Shown here piece after piece: positions 20,906 to 31,872 of a stretch of DNA of 64,000 nucleotides. A model generated the notes under the pieces. It did not search any database. It was not told the DNA's origin and was given only the letters and a program-made list of their open reading frames with translations. Numbering within the stretch: the first letter of the stretch is position 1; each line of letters starts with the position of its first letter. The position numbers were made by a program, and so were the translations under genes. The DNA comes from Alphaproteobacteria bacterium. Lineage in GTDB: Bacteria > Pseudomonadota > Alphaproteobacteria > Rs-D84 > CACZYB01. The stretch spans positions 143,344-207,343 of the forward strand of contig JAGBBO010000008.1 of assembly GCA_017938435.1 (NCBI GenBank), read 5' to 3'.

Positions 20906-21145
20906 CTAATCTTCACGACATTTATTAACAAGTAACTGAACTGCGACGCATCTTCTTAAATATTCATCAATATTTCTTGTCTTATTTTCATATTTTAAAC
21001 TTATATAAACCCTTTTTGCCTTTTTATAAAGATCATATTTGTTTTCTTTAATAGGAACAATAATTCCGTTTTTATTAGAATAATGATGTCCAACAACAAA
21101 TTCTTTTGCATTTTGTTTATCTTTAAATGTATTTAATGTATTCAT
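20906..21145 (-). CDS. Hypothetical small protein
   Basis: GAAGGA SD before MNTLNTFKD... No motif recognised. Confidence 0.35.
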   Translation of the reverse strand: MNTLNTFKDKQNAKEFVVGHHYSNKNGIIVPIKENKYDLYKKAKRVYISLKYENKTRNIDEYLRRCVAVQLLVNKCRED

Positions 21146-21277
21146 ATTTTTATCCTTCTCTTTTATTATTTTACAAAATACATATACCATTATTGCAAAA
21201 TAGAAAAGGATAAGTCAATAATAAAAATAAAAAAAAATCCCCACAAAATGTGAGGATTTAATTCTATAGATACAATA

Positions 21278-21943
21278 TTAGTATCTTGGAGGTTGACCAA
21301 CACCATTTGAATTTGATCTGTAATACATATTTGAAGCATTACCTAAACCCAATGAACCAGCAGCACTTTTGTTTGAAGTATTCATTGATTGAATACCACT
21401 GTTATGTTGTTGAACTTGTGGTTGATATGATTGTTGTTGATTATAATTTTTACTGTTATTTATGCCATTTGTCGCATCAACAACTGATGGAGCTGATTGG
21501 ATTTGATGACTTTCTGACTTTCCATCTGTATTACTTTGACATCTTTTTGCTGGAGATGGAGCCATAGAAATAATAACTGTTGTACCACCACGGAAACCAT
21601 TAGCAATAAGTTGAACTGTTGCAACACGGCATTTATATCTGTATGTTAAAACAGAGTTTGAACCACGAACAGATGTTAACTCTTTCCAATTAAATTTTGG
21701 CATCTCTTCCATATAGAAATCAAAAACGCCTGAAACGTTGTATGGAGCATAGAAAGTCATTTTTCCCATCCAGTCAGATTCACGACCAAACATCATACTT
21801 TTATCCAAATCCATTTGAGAACCCTCTGGAACAGGAATATCTGTAAATTGAGAAAAAGTATATGGAAGTTCTTCTGTTCTATCTTTTTTCAAGCCTTGTG
21901 AATCTAAAGCACAGCCAGCAAGAACCGCAGTAAAGACACACAA
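21278..21943 (-). CDS. Putative lipoprotein with a Gln/Asn/Ser-rich C-terminal tail
   Basis: ...TAVLAGCALDS lipobox. The listed start is a TTG too close to the lipobox. The frame stays open upstream (..INKFKTLL..) behind AAGGAGAG, so the true start is probably a non-ATG codon near 21960. Confidence 0.5.
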   Translation of the reverse strand: MCVFTAVLAGCALDSQGLKKDRTEELPYTFSQFTDIPVPEGSQMDLDKSMMFGRESDWMGKMTFYAPYNVSGVFDFYMEEMPKFNWKELTSVRGSNSVLTYRYKCRVATVQLIANGFRGGTTVIISMAPSPAKRCQSNTDGKSESHQIQSAPSVVDATNGINNSKNYNQQQSYQPQVQQHNSGIQSMNTSNKSAAGSLGLGNASNMYYRSNSNGVGQPPRY

Positions 21944-22035
21944 TAATGTTTTAAATTTATTTATTTTATCTCTCCTTAGTTAAGGTTTTAACAAACATAT
22001 AATAACCTATTTTTAACCCTATTTCAAGATGTTTT

Positions 22036-22527
22036 TCATTTATTTTTATTATTTTTTCTTAAATTTTTAAAAAAAATTTTTAAAAGTTCAGAAGATTCAC
22101 TATCAAAACAACCATAAAAATAATTAGGTTTATAAAGATTCTTTGCTGTTTTATAAAGTTGTATTCCATTTAAAACTGCCCCACCCTTTTCATCACTAGA
22201 TGCAAAATAAATATTTTTTATTTTTGCCAAAGAAATTGCAGTTGCACACATAGGACAAGGTTCAAGTGTTACAAAAATACTGTAATCCATAAGATATTTT
22301 TCATTTATTTTCTTACAAGCCTTTTGTATTGCAAGAATTTCGGCGTGACAAAGAGGATTTTTCTTTGTTTCTGTTAAATTATGTGCTTTTGAGACAACTT
22401 CTCCCGTTGGGGAAATAATTACTGCACCAATAGGAACTTCGTTTGCATCAAAGGCTTTTTTTGCCTCAGATAATGCAATTTTCATATATTTCTGAAAATT
22501 TTTATCAATTAAATCTTTATTTTCCAA
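22036..22527 (-). CDS. tadA: tRNA-specific adenosine deaminase
   Basis: CHAEILAI and PCPMCATA zinc-binding motifs; 163 aa. Confidence 0.85.
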   Translation of the reverse strand: MENKDLIDKNFQKYMKIALSEAKKAFDANEVPIGAVIISPTGEVVSKAHNLTETKKNPLCHAEILAIQKACKKINEKYLMDYSIFVTLEPCPMCATAISLAKIKNIYFASSDEKGGAVLNGIQLYKTAKNLYKPNYFYGCFDSESSELLKIFFKNLRKNNKNK

Positions 22528-22657
22528 TTTTTTAATCCTATATTTAAGTAGTATATTAAAAAAAATTTATTTTTAAAGCATTTTATTATTTTATCTTGAC
22601 CTTTTCGTCTTATATATAATAAAGTGTTCCTATAAATAAAGAAGGAAAGGTTTTTAA

Positions 22658-25309
22658 ATGATTGGATACATAACAAAAAAAATTTTCGGAACAGAAAACG
22701 AAAGAATTCTTAAAAAATATCGTGCAAAGGTAAAAGAAATAAATGCAAAAGAGTCTGAACTTGCGAAACTTTCTGATGAAGAACTTCAAGCAAAGACAAC
22801 ATGGCTTAAAGGAAGACTTGAGCAAGGGGAAACTTTAGATGATATTTTGGCTGATGCTTTTGCTGTTACAAGAGAAGCTGCTAAACGTGTATTAGGTCAA
22901 AGACATTATGATGTCCAACTTATTGGTGGTATGATACTTCATGATGGAAGAATTACCGAAATGAAAACTGGTGAAGGTAAAACTTTGGTTGCTACACTTC
23001 CTGTTTACCTTAATGCCTTAACCGGTAAAGGTGTTCATGTTATCACAGTTAATGATTACCTTGCAAAACGAGATGCTGATTGGATGGGAAAACTTTATCG
23101 TTTCCTTGGACTTTCTGTTGGTTGCATATTGAACGAACTTGATGATGATGAAAGACGCGAGGCATATAATTGTGATATCACATACGGAACAAATCACGAG
23201 TTTGGCTTTGATTATCTTCGCGATAATATGAAATTTAGAATTGAAACCTTGGTTCAAAGACCTTTTAATTATGCCATTGTCGATGAAGTCGATTCTATTT
23301 TAATTGATGAGGCAAGAACTCCTCTTATTATTTCCGGACCAAGTGAAGGAACATCGGATGCTTATAAACAAGTAAATTCTATAATTCCTTTATTGAAAGA
23401 AGAACACTACAAAGTTGATGAAAAAGATAGAAATGCAACACTTACCGAATCAGGTATGGAGTTTGTTGAAAAAATTCTTTTTGAAAAAGGTATTACAAAA
23501 GTAAAAAATCTTTATGATATTTCAAATACAACTATTGTTCATCATTTAGATAAATGTTTAACAGCACATAAACTTTATAAAAAAGATGTCGATTATTTGG
23601 TAAAAGATGATCAAGTATATATTATTGATGAATTTACCGGCCGTATTATGGAAGGAAGAAGATATTCTGATGGTCTTCACCAAGCATTAGAAGCAAAGGA
23701 AAATGTTAATGTTCAAAACGAATCTCAGACTTTGGCAAGTATTACTTACCAGAACTATTTCCGTTTGTATCCAAAACTTGCTGGTATGACAGGAACTGCT
23801 CTTACAGAAGCACAAGAATTTGATGAAATTTATAAATTGAGATGTATAGAAGTTCCAACAAATCTACCTGTTCGTCGTGTTGATTATAATGATGAAATTT
23901 ACTTAACAGAAGAGGAAAAATACGAGGCTATTGTCAAGTTAATTAAAGAGTGTCATGCAAAGAATCAACCTGTTTTAATTGGAACGGTTTCTATTGAAAA
24001 ATCTGAAAAACTTAATCGTTTCCTTCTTGCTGAAGGAATAAAAGCCCAAGTTTTAAATGCGAAATATCACGAATCTGAGGCTTATATCATTGCACAAGCT
24101 GGTGTTCCAGGAGCAATCACTATTGCTACAAATATGGCTGGTCGTGGAACCGATATACAGCTTGGTGGAAATTTGGAAATGCGTGTTCAGCAAGAAACAA
24201 AAGGTATTGAAGATGCTGAACTTTTAAAGAAAAAAATTGATGAAATAAAAGCAGATATCAAAAAGAAAAAAGAAATCGCACTTCAGGCAGGTGGACTTTA
24301 TGTTATTGGAACAGAAAGACACGAATCTCGTCGTATTGATAACCAACTTCGTGGAAGAACTGGTCGTCAAGGCGACCCTGGTGCATCAAAATTCTTCTTA
24401 TCTATGGAAGATTATTTGATGAGAATTTTTGGCGGTGAAAAGATGAAATCTATGCTTTCTAAATTAGGACTTAAACGCGGTGAAGCTATTGTTCATCCTT
24501 GGGTTTCAAGAGCATTAGAAAAAGCTCAAATGAAAGTAGAATCTCATAATTTCACAATAAGAAAAAATCTTCTTAAATACGATGATGTAATGAATGAACA
24601 AAGAAAAATTGTTTATACCCAACGTCACGAAGTTATGGCATTAGAAGAAATCCATAAATATATTGAAGATATTAGACTTGATGTCGTAGAAGATATTGTA
24701 GATAAGGCTATTCCAGAAAAAAGCATTGTTGATAATTGGAATCTTAACGGATTGGATATTGAATGTTTTGAAACTTTGGGTGCAAAAATTGATTTCAAAC
24801 AATATATAGAAGATCATCCAGAAGTTACTCCTCAAGATATTTTTGACTTGGTAAAATCTGCTAGTGATGCAAGAATGAATTTCCAAGAAAGAAAATATTC
24901 TAGTGATTTTATGCGTTATGTGGAAAAGGCTATTTTCTTACAGACATTGGATCAAGTTTGGAAAGAACATTTGCTTTCTTTGGATTTCTTGAAACAAGGA
25001 ATCGGGCTTAGAGCATACGGTCAAAAGGATCCTTTGAATGAATATAAACGCGAGGCATTTATTACATTTGAAGAAAATATGCTTAAAATCAAATATAAAA
25101 CTATACAACTTCTTGCAAGAACAGATTTCTCTCAGGAAGGTATGGCTGAGTTTACAGACGAGGAAGATACAACCTTAATGCAAGAGAATCGCCCTGCTGA
25201 GCAACTTGTTGAAAAACAAGAACCTGTAAACTTAAATATTAGTAGAAACGACCTTTGTCCTTGTGGTAGTGGTTTGAAATACAAACACTGTCATGGAAAA
25301 TTAAAGTAA
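22658..25309 (+). CDS. secA: Preprotein translocase ATPase SecA
   Basis: 883 aa. ...[47 protein letters not shown] and the C-terminal zinc finger [14 protein letters not shown]. Confidence 0.97.
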   Translation: MIGYITKKIFGTENERILKKYRAKVKEINAKESELAKLSDEELQAKTTWLKGRLEQGETLDDILADAFAVTREAAKRVLGQRHYDVQLIGGMILHDGRITEMKTGEGKTLVATLPVYLNALTGKGVHVITVNDYLAKRDADWMGKLYRFLGLSVGCILNELDDDERREAYNCDITYGTNHEFGFDYLRDNMKFRIETLVQRPFNYAIVDEVDSILIDEARTPLIISGPSEGTSDAYKQVNSIIPLLKEEHYKVDEKDRNATLTESGMEFVEKILFEKGITKVKNLYDISNTTIVHHLDKCLTAHKLYKKDVDYLVKDDQVYIIDEFTGRIMEGRRYSDGLHQALEAKENVNVQNESQTLASITYQNYFRLYPKLAGMTGTALTEAQEFDEIYKLRCIEVPTNLPVRRVDYNDEIYLTEEEKYEAIVKLIKECHAKNQPVLIGTVSIEKSEKLNRFLLAEGIKAQVLNAKYHESEAYIIAQAGVPGAITIATNMAGRGTDIQLGGNLEMRVQQETKGIEDAELLKKKIDEIKADIKKKKEIALQAGGLYVIGTERHESRRIDNQLRGRTGRQGDPGASKFFLSMEDYLMRIFGGEKMKSMLSKLGLKRGEAIVHPWVSRALEKAQMKVESHNFTIRKNLLKYDDVMNEQRKIVYTQRHEVMALEEIHKYIEDIRLDVVEDIVDKAIPEKSIVDNWNLNGLDIECFETLGAKIDFKQYIEDHPEVTPQDIFDLVKSASDARMNFQERKYSSDFMRYVEKAIFLQTLDQVWKEHLLSLDFLKQGIGLRAYGQKDPLNEYKREAFITFEENMLKIKYKTIQLLARTDFSQEGMAEFTDEEDTTLMQENRPAEQLVEKQEPVNLNISRNDLCPCGSGLKYKHCHGKLK

Positions 25310-25321
25310 GGTATAGAAGAT

Positions 25322-28300
25322 ATGACTATTGCTCCGTTTGTTCACCTTAGAAACCACACTGCGTATTCTGTGGCAGAGGGAGCTTTAACTTCTGATAAAA
25401 TACGGGATTTATGTAGAAAGTATGGTATGCCTGCTGCTGGGATTACCGATACAAATAATATTTTTGGTTGTGCTGAATTTTCGACTCATTTAGAGGAAGT
25501 TGGGGTTCAGCCAATATTGGGAACTCAACTTGATGTAGATTTTAATTTACCCACTACATCATTCCCTAAAAATCGTTATTCACAGTTAATATTTCTTGTA
25601 AAGAATGATATTGGATATCATAACCTGATAAAACTTATTTCTTATGCTCATTTAAGAAAAAAGGACGAAGAGTTTCCGCATATAAATGTTGATATGTTAG
25701 AAGGAAAAACTGATGGATTGATTGTCCTTTCTGGAGGAATAAAGGGAGTTATAGGTAAATGCTTGTTAGCGAATAATTACACCTTGGCAGAAGAAAAATG
25801 CTTGCTTTTACAAAAACTTTTTGGAGATAGATTTTATATTGAATTACAAAGACATGGTTTGCCTGATGAAAAAAATACAGAAAAGGACTTTTTAAAACTT
25901 GCATACGACCACAATATTCCTTTGGTTGCAACGAATGAATGTTTCTTTGCAACTAGGGATATGCACCAGGCACATGATGTATTACTTTGTATTGCAGGTG
26001 GAAGATTTGTTGATGAAGAAGACAGAAGAAAGGAAACAGAAGAGCATTATTTTAAAACACCAGAAGAAATGGTCGAACTTTTCTCTGATATTCCAGAAGC
26101 TATTGAAAATACAATAGAAATTGCAAAACGATGTGCATATAAATTTACCGTATCAAAACCTTTACTTCCTCATGTGGAAAAAGGTGCTGATGAAAATCAA
26201 TTACTTACTGAACGCGCCCACGAAGGATTAAAAGTCAGATTACAAAAGGCTGGAATCGTTGGTGAAGAAGCTGAAAAACCATACTGGGAAAGATTGGAAT
26301 ACGAACTTGGCGTTATTATAAAGATGGGATTCCCTGGATACTTTTTGATAGTTGCTGATTTTATTGGTTGGGCAAAAGCACATGATATTCCAGTTGGTCC
26401 AGGTAGAGGAAGTGGTGCTGGATCTATTGTTGCATGGGCAATGAAAATTACAGATTTAAATCCGTTAAGATTTGGACTTCTTTTTGAAAGATTTCTTAAT
26501 CCTGAACGAGTAAATATGCCTGATTTTGATATTGATTTTTGCGAAGACAGACGCGGTGAAGTTATTCATTATGTGCAAGAAAAATATGGGGCTGATAGTG
26601 TTGGGCAGATTATTACATTTGGTCAATTAAAGGCTAAAAATGCAATAAAAGATGTTGGTCGTGTATTAAGAATCGGTTATTCAAGATGTGATGAACTTTG
26701 CAAACTGATTCCTAATAAAGTTCGTTTTACAAATGATAAAGGCGAAGAAGTTGAAAAAGAGGCAAACCTAACACTTTGTTTGAATTATGTTCCTGAATTT
26801 AAGGAAGCTATTGAACGGGATGATGTGTTAAAGGGTTTGATAAATATAGCTCTTAAAATAGAAGGTCTTTTCAAAAGCACGGGTATGCATGCTGCCGGTG
26901 TGGTTATCGGAGATAGACCATTGGATGAGTTAGTTGCCCTTTATAAAACAGATAAATCAGATTGGCCTGTTACTCAATATAATATGAAATTTATTGAAAA
27001 TACTGGTCTTATAAAATACGACTTTTTAGGACTAAAGACACTTACTGTTATAAAAAAAGCATGCGATATGATTTATCAAAATCGCGGAATAAAAGTTGAT
27101 ATAAACAATATATCAATGGATGATAAAGAAACATACGAACTTTTACAAGCAACAAACACCCCTGCTATATTCCAACTAGAATCACAGGGTATGCAAAATG
27201 TTATTTTGGGACTAAAACCTGATAAAATTGAAGATTTGGTTGCTTTGGTTGCACTTTACCGTCCTGGACCTATGGATAATATTCCAACATATATTGCCCG
27301 AAAGTTTGGAGAAAAAATTGAATATCTTCATCCTAAACTTGAACCTATTTTAAAGGAAACATATGGTATTATGGTTTATCAGGAGCAAGTTATGGAAATT
27401 GGTAAACAACTTGCCGGATATACAAAAGGTATGGCTGATGATCTTAGAAAAGCTATGGGTAAAAAAATTAAAGAAAAAATGGATCATCACCGTGAAATAT
27501 TTAAGGAAGGTTGTTTAAAAGTTAGTGGCATTGACGAAACACTTTCCATGAAAATATTTGATGCAATGGCTCAGTTTGCAAGTTATGGATTTAATAAATC
27601 TCATGCTGTTTGTTATGCTTGGGTTTGTTATCAAACAGCATATCTTAAAACCCATTACGCACCTGAATTTATGGCGGCGTCTATGACATATGATATGTCA
27701 GATACAGATAAATTGGCATTTTTTGCTGATAATGTAAAAAAAATGGGTATAAAACTTCTTCGCCCTGATATTAACAAATCGTATGAATATTTTTCTGTGG
27801 AAGGTAGTTCGATAAGATATGCTATGGCTGCAGTAAAAAATGTCGGTGTTGGTGTTGTGCAAGCGATTGTTGCAGAAAGAAATAAAAATGGACCTTTCAA
27901 AAATATAACTGATTTTATATCCAGAGTTGACCCTAAAAACCTTAACAGAAGAATGTTGGAAAATTTAATAAAGGCTGGTGCATTTGATGATTTAGAACCA
28001 AACAGACATAAAATGTTTGATAATGTCAACTATATACTTTCTCAGATTGCATCAATAAACAAGGACAAGGAAACTAATCAAACAAGTCTATTTTCTCTTG
28101 ATGAAATAGAGGTAAAACGCGATGATATAAGACTTGCCGAAGTTCCAGAATGGAAACCATTAGAGCGACTTAATTTTGAAAAAGAAGTTATTGGATTTTA
28201 TGTTTCAGCCCACCCTCTTGATGTATATGAAAACACATTGATTGCACTTCAAACAAAAAATACTACGGATGTTTCGAACATAAAGGAAGATACAAAAATT

Positions 28301-28813
28301 ACTGTTGCTGGAATAGTAGAATCTGTGAAAATGAAAACTTCTAAATCAGGGAAAAACTATATCACAACAAAAATAAGTGATAAATTTGGTACCACAGATA
28401 TTCTTTTCTTTGAAAGGAAACCATCAAACTTTAATCTAAGATTTTCAAAACAAGAACCAAGACAGTCTTTGGAAGATATTCAAACAATACTTGAATCAGG
28501 AAAACCTGTACTTATTTATGCTGATACAAAATATGGTGATGATGGAAGAGTAACACTTTTCGGCAACAAAGTTGAATTATTGAGTTTAAATACCCAACTT
28601 GGGACAAATATGTTTATTCAAATTGATAATGCAGATTCTGTTAGAGCATTGAAAAAAGTATTATCATCCGTTTCTCCTGGATACACAACAATTCACTTAC
28701 AAGTCATTGAAAATGGCAAAAGAGTTAGTGTCCTTCTTCCTGAAAAAAAAGGTATTACTACAGAAACTCTTGAATCATTTAAAGTAATTCCTAATATAAC
28801 ATTTCATTTTTAA
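25322..28813 (+). CDS. dnaE: DNA polymerase III alpha subunit
   Basis: 1163 aa. PHP N-terminus FVHLRNHTAYS, ...GFPGYFLIVADFI.WAK, PDFDIDF, LLKYDFLGLKTL, NKSHA and an OB domain near the C-terminus. Confidence 0.97.
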   Translation: MTIAPFVHLRNHTAYSVAEGALTSDKIRDLCRKYGMPAAGITDTNNIFGCAEFSTHLEEVGVQPILGTQLDVDFNLPTTSFPKNRYSQLIFLVKNDIGYHNLIKLISYAHLRKKDEEFPHINVDMLEGKTDGLIVLSGGIKGVIGKCLLANNYTLAEEKCLLLQKLFGDRFYIELQRHGLPDEKNTEKDFLKLAYDHNIPLVATNECFFATRDMHQAHDVLLCIAGGRFVDEEDRRKETEEHYFKTPEEMVELFSDIPEAIENTIEIAKRCAYKFTVSKPLLPHVEKGADENQLLTERAHEGLKVRLQKAGIVGEEAEKPYWERLEYELGVIIKMGFPGYFLIVADFIGWAKAHDIPVGPGRGSGAGSIVAWAMKITDLNPLRFGLLFERFLNPERVNMPDFDIDFCEDRRGEVIHYVQEKYGADSVGQIITFGQLKAKNAIKDVGRVLRIGYSRCDELCKLIPNKVRFTNDKGEEVEKEANLTLCLNYVPEFKEAIERDDVLKGLINIALKIEGLFKSTGMHAAGVVIGDRPLDELVALYKTDKSDWPVTQYNMKFIENTGLIKYDFLGLKTLTVIKKACDMIYQNRGIKVDINNISMDDKETYELLQATNTPAIFQLESQGMQNVILGLKPDKIEDLVALVALYRPGPMDNIPTYIARKFGEKIEYLHPKLEPILKETYGIMVYQEQVMEIGKQLAGYTKGMADDLRKAMGKKIKEKMDHHREIFKEGCLKVSGIDETLSMKIFDAMAQFASYGFNKSHAVCYAWVCYQTAYLKTHYAPEFMAASMTYDMSDTDKLAFFADNVKKMGIKLLRPDINKSYEYFSVEGSSIRYAMAAVKNVGVGVVQAIVAERNKNGPFKNITDFISRVDPKNLNRRMLENLIKAGAFDDLEPNRHKMFDNVNYILSQIASINKDKETNQTSLFSLDEIEVKRDDIRLAEVPEWKPLERLNFEKEVIGFYVSAHPLDVYENTLIALQTKNTTDVSNIKEDTKITVAGIVESVKMKTSKSGKNYITTKISDKFGTTDILFFERKPSNFNLRFSKQEPRQSLEDIQTILESGKPVLIYADTKYGDDGRVTLFGNKVELLSLNTQLGTNMFIQIDNADSVRALKKVLSSVSPGYTTIHLQVIENGKRVSVLLPEKKGITTETLESFKVIPNITFHF

Positions 28814-28897
28814 TATTTTTACTAGACAAGCGTTTAAAAATATGTTATTATTCTGTATATAAAGTTTATATGGTGTAAACTTATTGGGAGAGATAAT

Positions 28898-30148
28898 ATG
28901 AAGACACGACACTTTACATTAGCTCTTGCTGTTCTTGCATTACTTTTGGGTAATGGTATTGATACGCAAGCTAAAACTAACAAAAAAAAGACTAAACGCG
29001 CTGCTTCTACTAGCAGTAAGAATACTTCTAAAAAAACTGCCTCTAAATCGTCAAAAAGATCGGCTAGTTCAAAAAAAGGACTTAGATCTGCATCTTCGAA
29101 AAGAGCTGCTTCGACAAGTAATTCTAGACGTGCTGCAGCAACAGGAAAATCTTCGGCACGGGCTGCGGCGACAAGTAATTCTAGACGTGCTGCAGCAACA
29201 GGAAGATCTTCGGCACGGGCTGCGGCGACAAGAAAGGGCGTAACTAGCACAACATCTTCTGTTGCAAAAAATACAACTATTGAAACAACATCTGTTGAAA
29301 ATCAATGCCCTGTTGGACAACTTGTTAGAAAGGCATATGATGAAAATGGTAATGAAACATATTATAAAACTAAATCAGCAACTTGCAATATGCCGGAAAA
29401 TGCTGTGGAAACAGTTTGGGATATGGCTGATGCCAAAAAATTAAAACAATACACTTTGAAAAAAGGCTGGATTGATGAAAGTGAAGCAGTATCATTTGTT
29501 TGTGATTCTGGTTATTTAACGGTAAACAGACAATGTAAATCTTTTGATGAATTCTGCCCTATCAATGAAATTATTGAAAAAAGTGGTAAAAGTTACATAA
29601 ATCCATATACAGGTGATTCTTGTATTTCATACACTGGTGTAACCGCAACAAGATTGACTGATGCAGAGAATAATTCTGATATTCCTACATCAAAAGCATA
29701 TCGTTTGACATGCCCTTCTGGTTACTATACAAATACAGACAATTATATTTCTTGTTCACAATGTCCAAGTGATAAACCTTATAGTATAAAGGGTTCAAAT
29801 ATAGGAGTTAAATCTTGTTCTGTTGTAACAGATGCTTCTTCTTGCCCTGATGGACAGTGGATGGGTAATGGTGAAAAGGAATGTAAAGAGTATAGTTATT
29901 ACACATTTGCTGATGTTGAAAATGTTCCAGAAAAAGGAACATTTGGTATAGGTTTATATACAATTACATCTGAAGGTTCGAACTGTGCAAAGTCAAGTAA
30001 TTTTGTTGCAACAAAAGATACCAAATTTGCAAAAGTTCAGGATTCAACAGGAAGTTATTTTGCTGTTGATGGTAAAATACTTTTGGACTGTGCTACTTCG
30101 GCGACATTTAAGTTGAAGAAAGCAAATGGGTCTGAAGGTATTAAATAA
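28898..30148 (+). CDS. Secreted protein: signal peptide, long polybasic Ser/Lys/Arg/Ala region, then a Cys-rich domain
   Basis: MKTRHFTLALAVLALLLGNGIDTQA|KTNKKKTKRAASTSSKNTSKK.... About 110 aa of K/R/S/A low complexity includes a 19-aa tandem duplication, followed by ~290 aa with ~20 Cys. No family recognised. Confidence 0.6.
   Translation: MKTRHFTLALAVLALLLGNGIDTQAKTNKKKTKRAASTSSKNTSKKTASKSSKRSASSKKGLRSASSKRAASTSNSRRAAATGKSSARAAATSNSRRAAATGRSSARAAATRKGVTSTTSSVAKNTTIETTSVENQCPVGQLVRKAYDENGNETYYKTKSATCNMPENAVETVWDMADAKKLKQYTLKKGWIDESEAVSFVCDSGYLTVNRQCKSFDEFCPINEIIEKSGKSYINPYTGDSCISYTGVTATRLTDAENNSDIPTSKAYRLTCPSGYYTNTDNYISCSQCPSDKPYSIKGSNIGVKSCSVVTDASSCPDGQWMGNGEKECKEYSYYTFADVENVPEKGTFGIGLYTITSEGSNCAKSSNFVATKDTKFAKVQDSTGSYFAVDGKILLDCATSATFKLKKANGSEGIK
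29113..29232 (+). repeat. 57-bp in-frame tandem repeat (2 copies plus the first 6 nt of a third)
   Basis: 29113-29169 and 29170-29226 differ at one base (GGAAAATC vs GGAAGATC). They encode TSNSRRAAATG(K/R)SSARAAA twice. Confidence 0.95.
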
Positions 30149-30367
30149 AATTTTGTTTTTCATATTTTTCCTTCCGAAAATCCCCTTGAAAAAGGGGATT
30201 TTTACTATGTATTTAACACATTCAAAAACAAACTCCTTTTCAATCTTCGTAGTAATAAGGTAGAAGTTCGGTATTGCGAACTTGGTATGAATATACAATA
30301 AATATAAACCTTATAAAAAAAATCCCCACTAATTAGCAGGGAAATTTTTATAAAGAAAACTTAGAAC

Positions 30368-30634
30368 TTATTTTGTTTCGTTCATACGTTTTGCAAATTT
30401 TGACATAGTTCTTGCCATTTTACGCTTTGAAACTAAGCCTTTTTTTACACCTTTTGCAAGTTCGCTATTTGCTTTTGAAAGTGCAGTTTTGATTTCAGCA
30501 GAATCTTTCTTACCTGTAATCATTTCAGATACTTTCTTTACAAATGTGCGAATCTTTGACATACGACTTTTGTTAGAAATTCTTTTCTTTTCGTTTCTAA
30601 GAATTCTTTTCTTTGAAGATTTATGATTAGCCAT
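30368..30634 (-). CDS. rpsT: 30S ribosomal protein S20
   Basis: 88 aa starting MANHKSSKKRILRNEKKR. Confidence 0.9.
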   Translation of the reverse strand: MANHKSSKKRILRNEKKRISNKSRMSKIRTFVKKVSEMITGKKDSAEIKTALSKANSELAKGVKKGLVSKRKMARTMSKFAKRMNETK

Positions 30635-30664
30635 TTTTTAATCCTTTCTAAAGTTGACTTAATA

Positions 30665-31285
30665 CTATCGTTTAGAGAATTGGAAAGAACGACGAGCCTT
30701 TTTATGACCGTAGTGCTTTCTTTCTACAACTCTTGAATCACGAGTTAAGAAGCCAGCTTGTTTAATAACAGATCTTAATTCTGGTTCTGCAAGAGCCAAT
30801 GCCTTACTAATACCATGTTTCAATGCACCAGCTTGACCAGAAAGACCACCACCAATGATTGTTGCAACAACATCATATGCACCTTCGCGTTTTGTAATAC
30901 CAAATGGTTGATTGATTACCATTTGAAGAATTGGACGACGGAAATATGATTCGTAATCTTTACCATTTACAGTAATAGAACCTTTACCAGCCTTTATCCA
31001 AACACGTGCGATAGAAGTTTTTCTTTTACCTGTTGCATAAACACGACCTTGAGCATCTTTTACAGTTTTTTCCTTTTTAGGAGCAGGTTTTGTTTCTGTT
31101 TTTGCAACTTTTAAACCAGCATCAGCAAGTGTTGCAGGTTTTGCTTCTGTCTTTGTTGCACGAGTTTTTTTAACTGTTTCAACTTTTACTTCAGCTTTTG
31201 CTGTAGTCTTTTTTGCAGTTGTTTTCTTTGCAGGTGCTTTTTTAGCAACTTCTTTTTCTGCTACTTTTTCAACTTTTTCAACCAT
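30665..31285 (-). CDS. rpsI: 30S ribosomal protein S9 with a ~78-aa Lys/Ala/Thr-rich N-terminal extension
   Basis: Core [29 protein letters not shown] ... ends [11 protein letters not shown]. Total 206 aa; the start overlaps the rplM stop (TAATG). Confidence 0.9.
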   Translation of the reverse strand: MVEKVEKVAEKEVAKKAPAKKTTAKKTTAKAEVKVETVKKTRATKTEAKPATLADAGLKVAKTETKPAPKKEKTVKDAQGRVYATGKRKTSIARVWIKAGKGSITVNGKDYESYFRRPILQMVINQPFGITKREGAYDVVATIIGGGLSGQAGALKHGISKALALAEPELRSVIKQAGFLTRDSRVVERKHYGHKKARRSFQFSKR

Positions 31286-31758
31286 TATGCACCTCTTTTC
31301 TTGTTTTTAGAGTTCATTTTTAATACATCAAGAACTTCTGGTTTTTGAGCAGTATGTGGATGTTCACTTCCCGCATAAACATGAAGTTTTTTCATTTGAG
31401 CACGACCAAGAGCATTTCTTGAAATCATTCTTTCAACAGCCTTTATAATAAGGCGTTCAGGATGACGACCAGAAAGAATTGCACTCCAAAGTCTTTCTTT
31501 AATACCACCGATATATGCAGTATGCCAGAAGAATTTGTTGTTTGCTAATTTATTACCAGTTATACCAACCTTTTCAGCATTGATAACGATAATATTATCA
31601 CCGCAATCAATGTTTGGTGAATATGTTGGTTTATGTTTACCACGAAGATATGTTGCAATAACAGCAGCAAGACGACCAAGAACAACATCTTTTGCATCAA
31701 TAACATACCATTTTGCTTCAACTTCTGATGGTTTTGCACTATATGTTTTTTGAACCAT
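31285..31758 (-). CDS. rplM: 50S ribosomal protein L13
   Basis: 157 aa. ...[42 protein letters not shown]. Confidence 0.92.
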   Translation of the reverse strand: MVQKTYSAKPSEVEAKWYVIDAKDVVLGRLAAVIATYLRGKHKPTYSPNIDCGDNIIVINAEKVGITGNKLANNKFFWHTAYIGGIKERLWSAILSGRHPERLIIKAVERMISRNALGRAQMKKLHVYAGSEHPHTAQKPEVLDVLKMNSKNKKRGA

Positions 31759-31872
31759 TTTATTTACCTTTTTGTTTGTTAAACACAGACTATATTACAA
31801 TAAAATTTCAAAATGTCAAGAAAATTAAGAGTTTTTCTGAACTTTTTAAATTATGGTATTATAATACCGTAA

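Noticed and set aside
28834-29320. Antisense and alternative-frame ORFs (138, 105 and 83 aa) over the start of the 28898 gene.
   Set aside because: They are kept open by the GC-rich 57-bp repeat and K/R/S/A codons. The plus-strand frame with a signal peptide and a long downstream domain is the coherent one.
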